Of a stretch of 64,000 nucleotides of DNA, positions 62,555 to 64,000 are shown one piece after another. The notes beneath the pieces are model-generated. The model worked only from the letters and a program-made list of their open reading frames with translations, was not told the origin of the DNA and searched no databases. Both the position numbers and the translations under genes were made by a program. The first letter of the stretch is position 1. The number at the start of each line of letters is the position of its first letter. This stretch comes from Octopus sinensis (Eukaryota). The stretch covers positions 86,986,001 to 87,050,000 of the forward strand of contig NC_043002.1 in assembly GCF_006345805.1 (NCBI RefSeq), written 5' to 3'.

Positions 62555-63395
62555 GAGGCACAAAATAAAGTAAAATAAAGAAAACATAAATAAAACGTAA
62601 ACAAATTTAAAGAATTTCGATACTACTTGGGCCTTTTCCCAACTGTATTCGAAAGAGGGAGCTAAAATAAATAGTCAACACCATGTTAAAAATCGCCAGG
62701 GAAAATTATGAATATCTTGTAATAAACAGAATAATCCATCTTTGACATTGCTTTGGATGTAATAAAGTGGAAAAAGAAATAAATGCAATTGTTTCGTCAG
62801 TATGGGTTTCATAAGGATTATAAGAAACGTAAACAATTTGTGCAATAAGATTTCTAATTTTGGCACAATGCCGCACATTTTAGAAGCAGGAAGTGTCGAG
62901 GACTTGATTGGTTCTTCAATCATGCCTATGAAGGAACCTCTGCCGTTGTCGATAAATCGTCTAGATATATCAACCTAAAAATCCTTCAAATCAAACGCAA
63001 CCGTCTTAAAAGTGGGGCGGAGGTAAGACATACTGGGTGTGAAAGACAGGATAGTTACGGACAGAGTTTTGGTGATAGGCCTGTTTCATCAAGGCTGACC
63101 TAATGCAAAGTGTTACTTTTGTTTGTCAATTCACGAAAGATGAAAGGAAAATTTACTATTTTGGAAACGAACTCAGAACGTAAAACATCAGTATCAGTTT
63201 CTCCTGTGCTCTCGAAAACATCGAACAGCAAGTTGACAGCATTGGTTTCTGTGGTCCACGGTTTTATCTGCATCCGGCCTTTCTCACGTCGTTAATGAAT
63301 GTTCTACGCCAGTAGTTTTCAGTCACCCGGATTTTCTTTTTCCCGCCGGTGGTGTCCATTTGAAAGCTGTTTAAAAATGGCATTGTTCTGGTAGT

Positions 63396-63715
63396 GGAGG
63401 CACATGGCCTAGTGGTTAGAGCAGCGGGCTCGCGGTCGAGGGATCGCGGGTTCGAATCTCAGACCGGGCGATGTGTGTGTTTATGAGCGAAACACCTAAG
63501 CTCTATGCGGCTCCGGCAGAAGGTAATGGCGAAGCTTCTGTTGACTCTTTCGCCACAACTTTCTCTCACTCTTTCCTCTTGCATCTTGCAGCACACCAGC
63601 GATGGACCGGCGTCCCGTCCAGGTGGGGAACCTATACGCCAAGAAACCGGGAAACCGGCCCTTATGAGCCAGGCACGTCTCAAGAAGGAACAAACAACAA
63701 ACAAAACAACAACAT
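63396..63715 (+). mobile_element. tRNA-headed SINE with a V-domain-like core
   Basis: Box A TGGCCTAGTGG, Box B GGTTCGAATC, GCGATGGACCGGCGTCCCGTCCAGG at 63599-63623, (AAC)-rich tail. Confidence 0.8.
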
Positions 63716-63734
63716 TGTTCTGGTAGCCGTATGT

Positions 63735-63925
63735 AACCTGCTAGCTTTAATCTTCTTTCTGTGATGATTTTGCAAAGTGGTGTGGTGTTGGCTCTTTTTA
63801 GAATGTCTTCATTGGTTATGCGATCTTGCCGGTACGTTCTCGGAATCTTCTTCAAGCATCTTTGGTGGAACACATCTAGCTCGATTTTTACGGCACGCTT
63901 CCATGTCTCACTGACTTGAGAACTA
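63735..63925 (-). pseudogene. RTE LINE C-terminal fragment
   Basis: SETWKRAVKIELDVFHQRCLKKI...DRITNEDILKRANTTPLCKIITERRLKLAG. Confidence 0.8.
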
Positions 63926-64000
63926 CACACAAGAAATATCAAGTGACGTAACTGAATACGACATCTATGGAATCAACCGGCATCTATGGAATGACAATGA

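Overview
AT-rich eukaryotic, repeat-dominated DNA. The repeat families and (AT)n/(CA)n/(ATT)n microsatellites look like a coleoid cephalopod, most likely Octopus (recognised by pattern, not by database search). No host protein-coding gene can be supported beyond one candidate 24-nt micro-exon; most ORFs in the track are microsatellite artefacts. The window holds LINE remnants (RTE, RTE-X, R4/Dong-like, CR1/L2-like, an L1/Tx1-like ORF1), two Penelope-like elements, and DNA-transposon remnants (hAT Buster/Charlie-like, hATm-like, mariner, Tc1, Merlin). It also holds non-autonomous Helitrons, seven copies or part-copies of a Merlin-type MITE carrying TTAGGG repeats, and several SINE families. Best leads: (1) type I hammerhead ribozymes, including two in a 402-bp spacer-less palindrome (59309-59710) and two in the 436-bp inverted termini of a Penelope element (40982-45021); (2) full-length 5S rRNA and tRNA-Asp heads each fused to the 3' tail shared with a SINE family and a CR1/L2-like LINE in this window; (3) a foldback element with a telomeric-repeat core, plus a decayed Merlin transposase. 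All coordinates and folds were read by eye; nothing was computed or searched.
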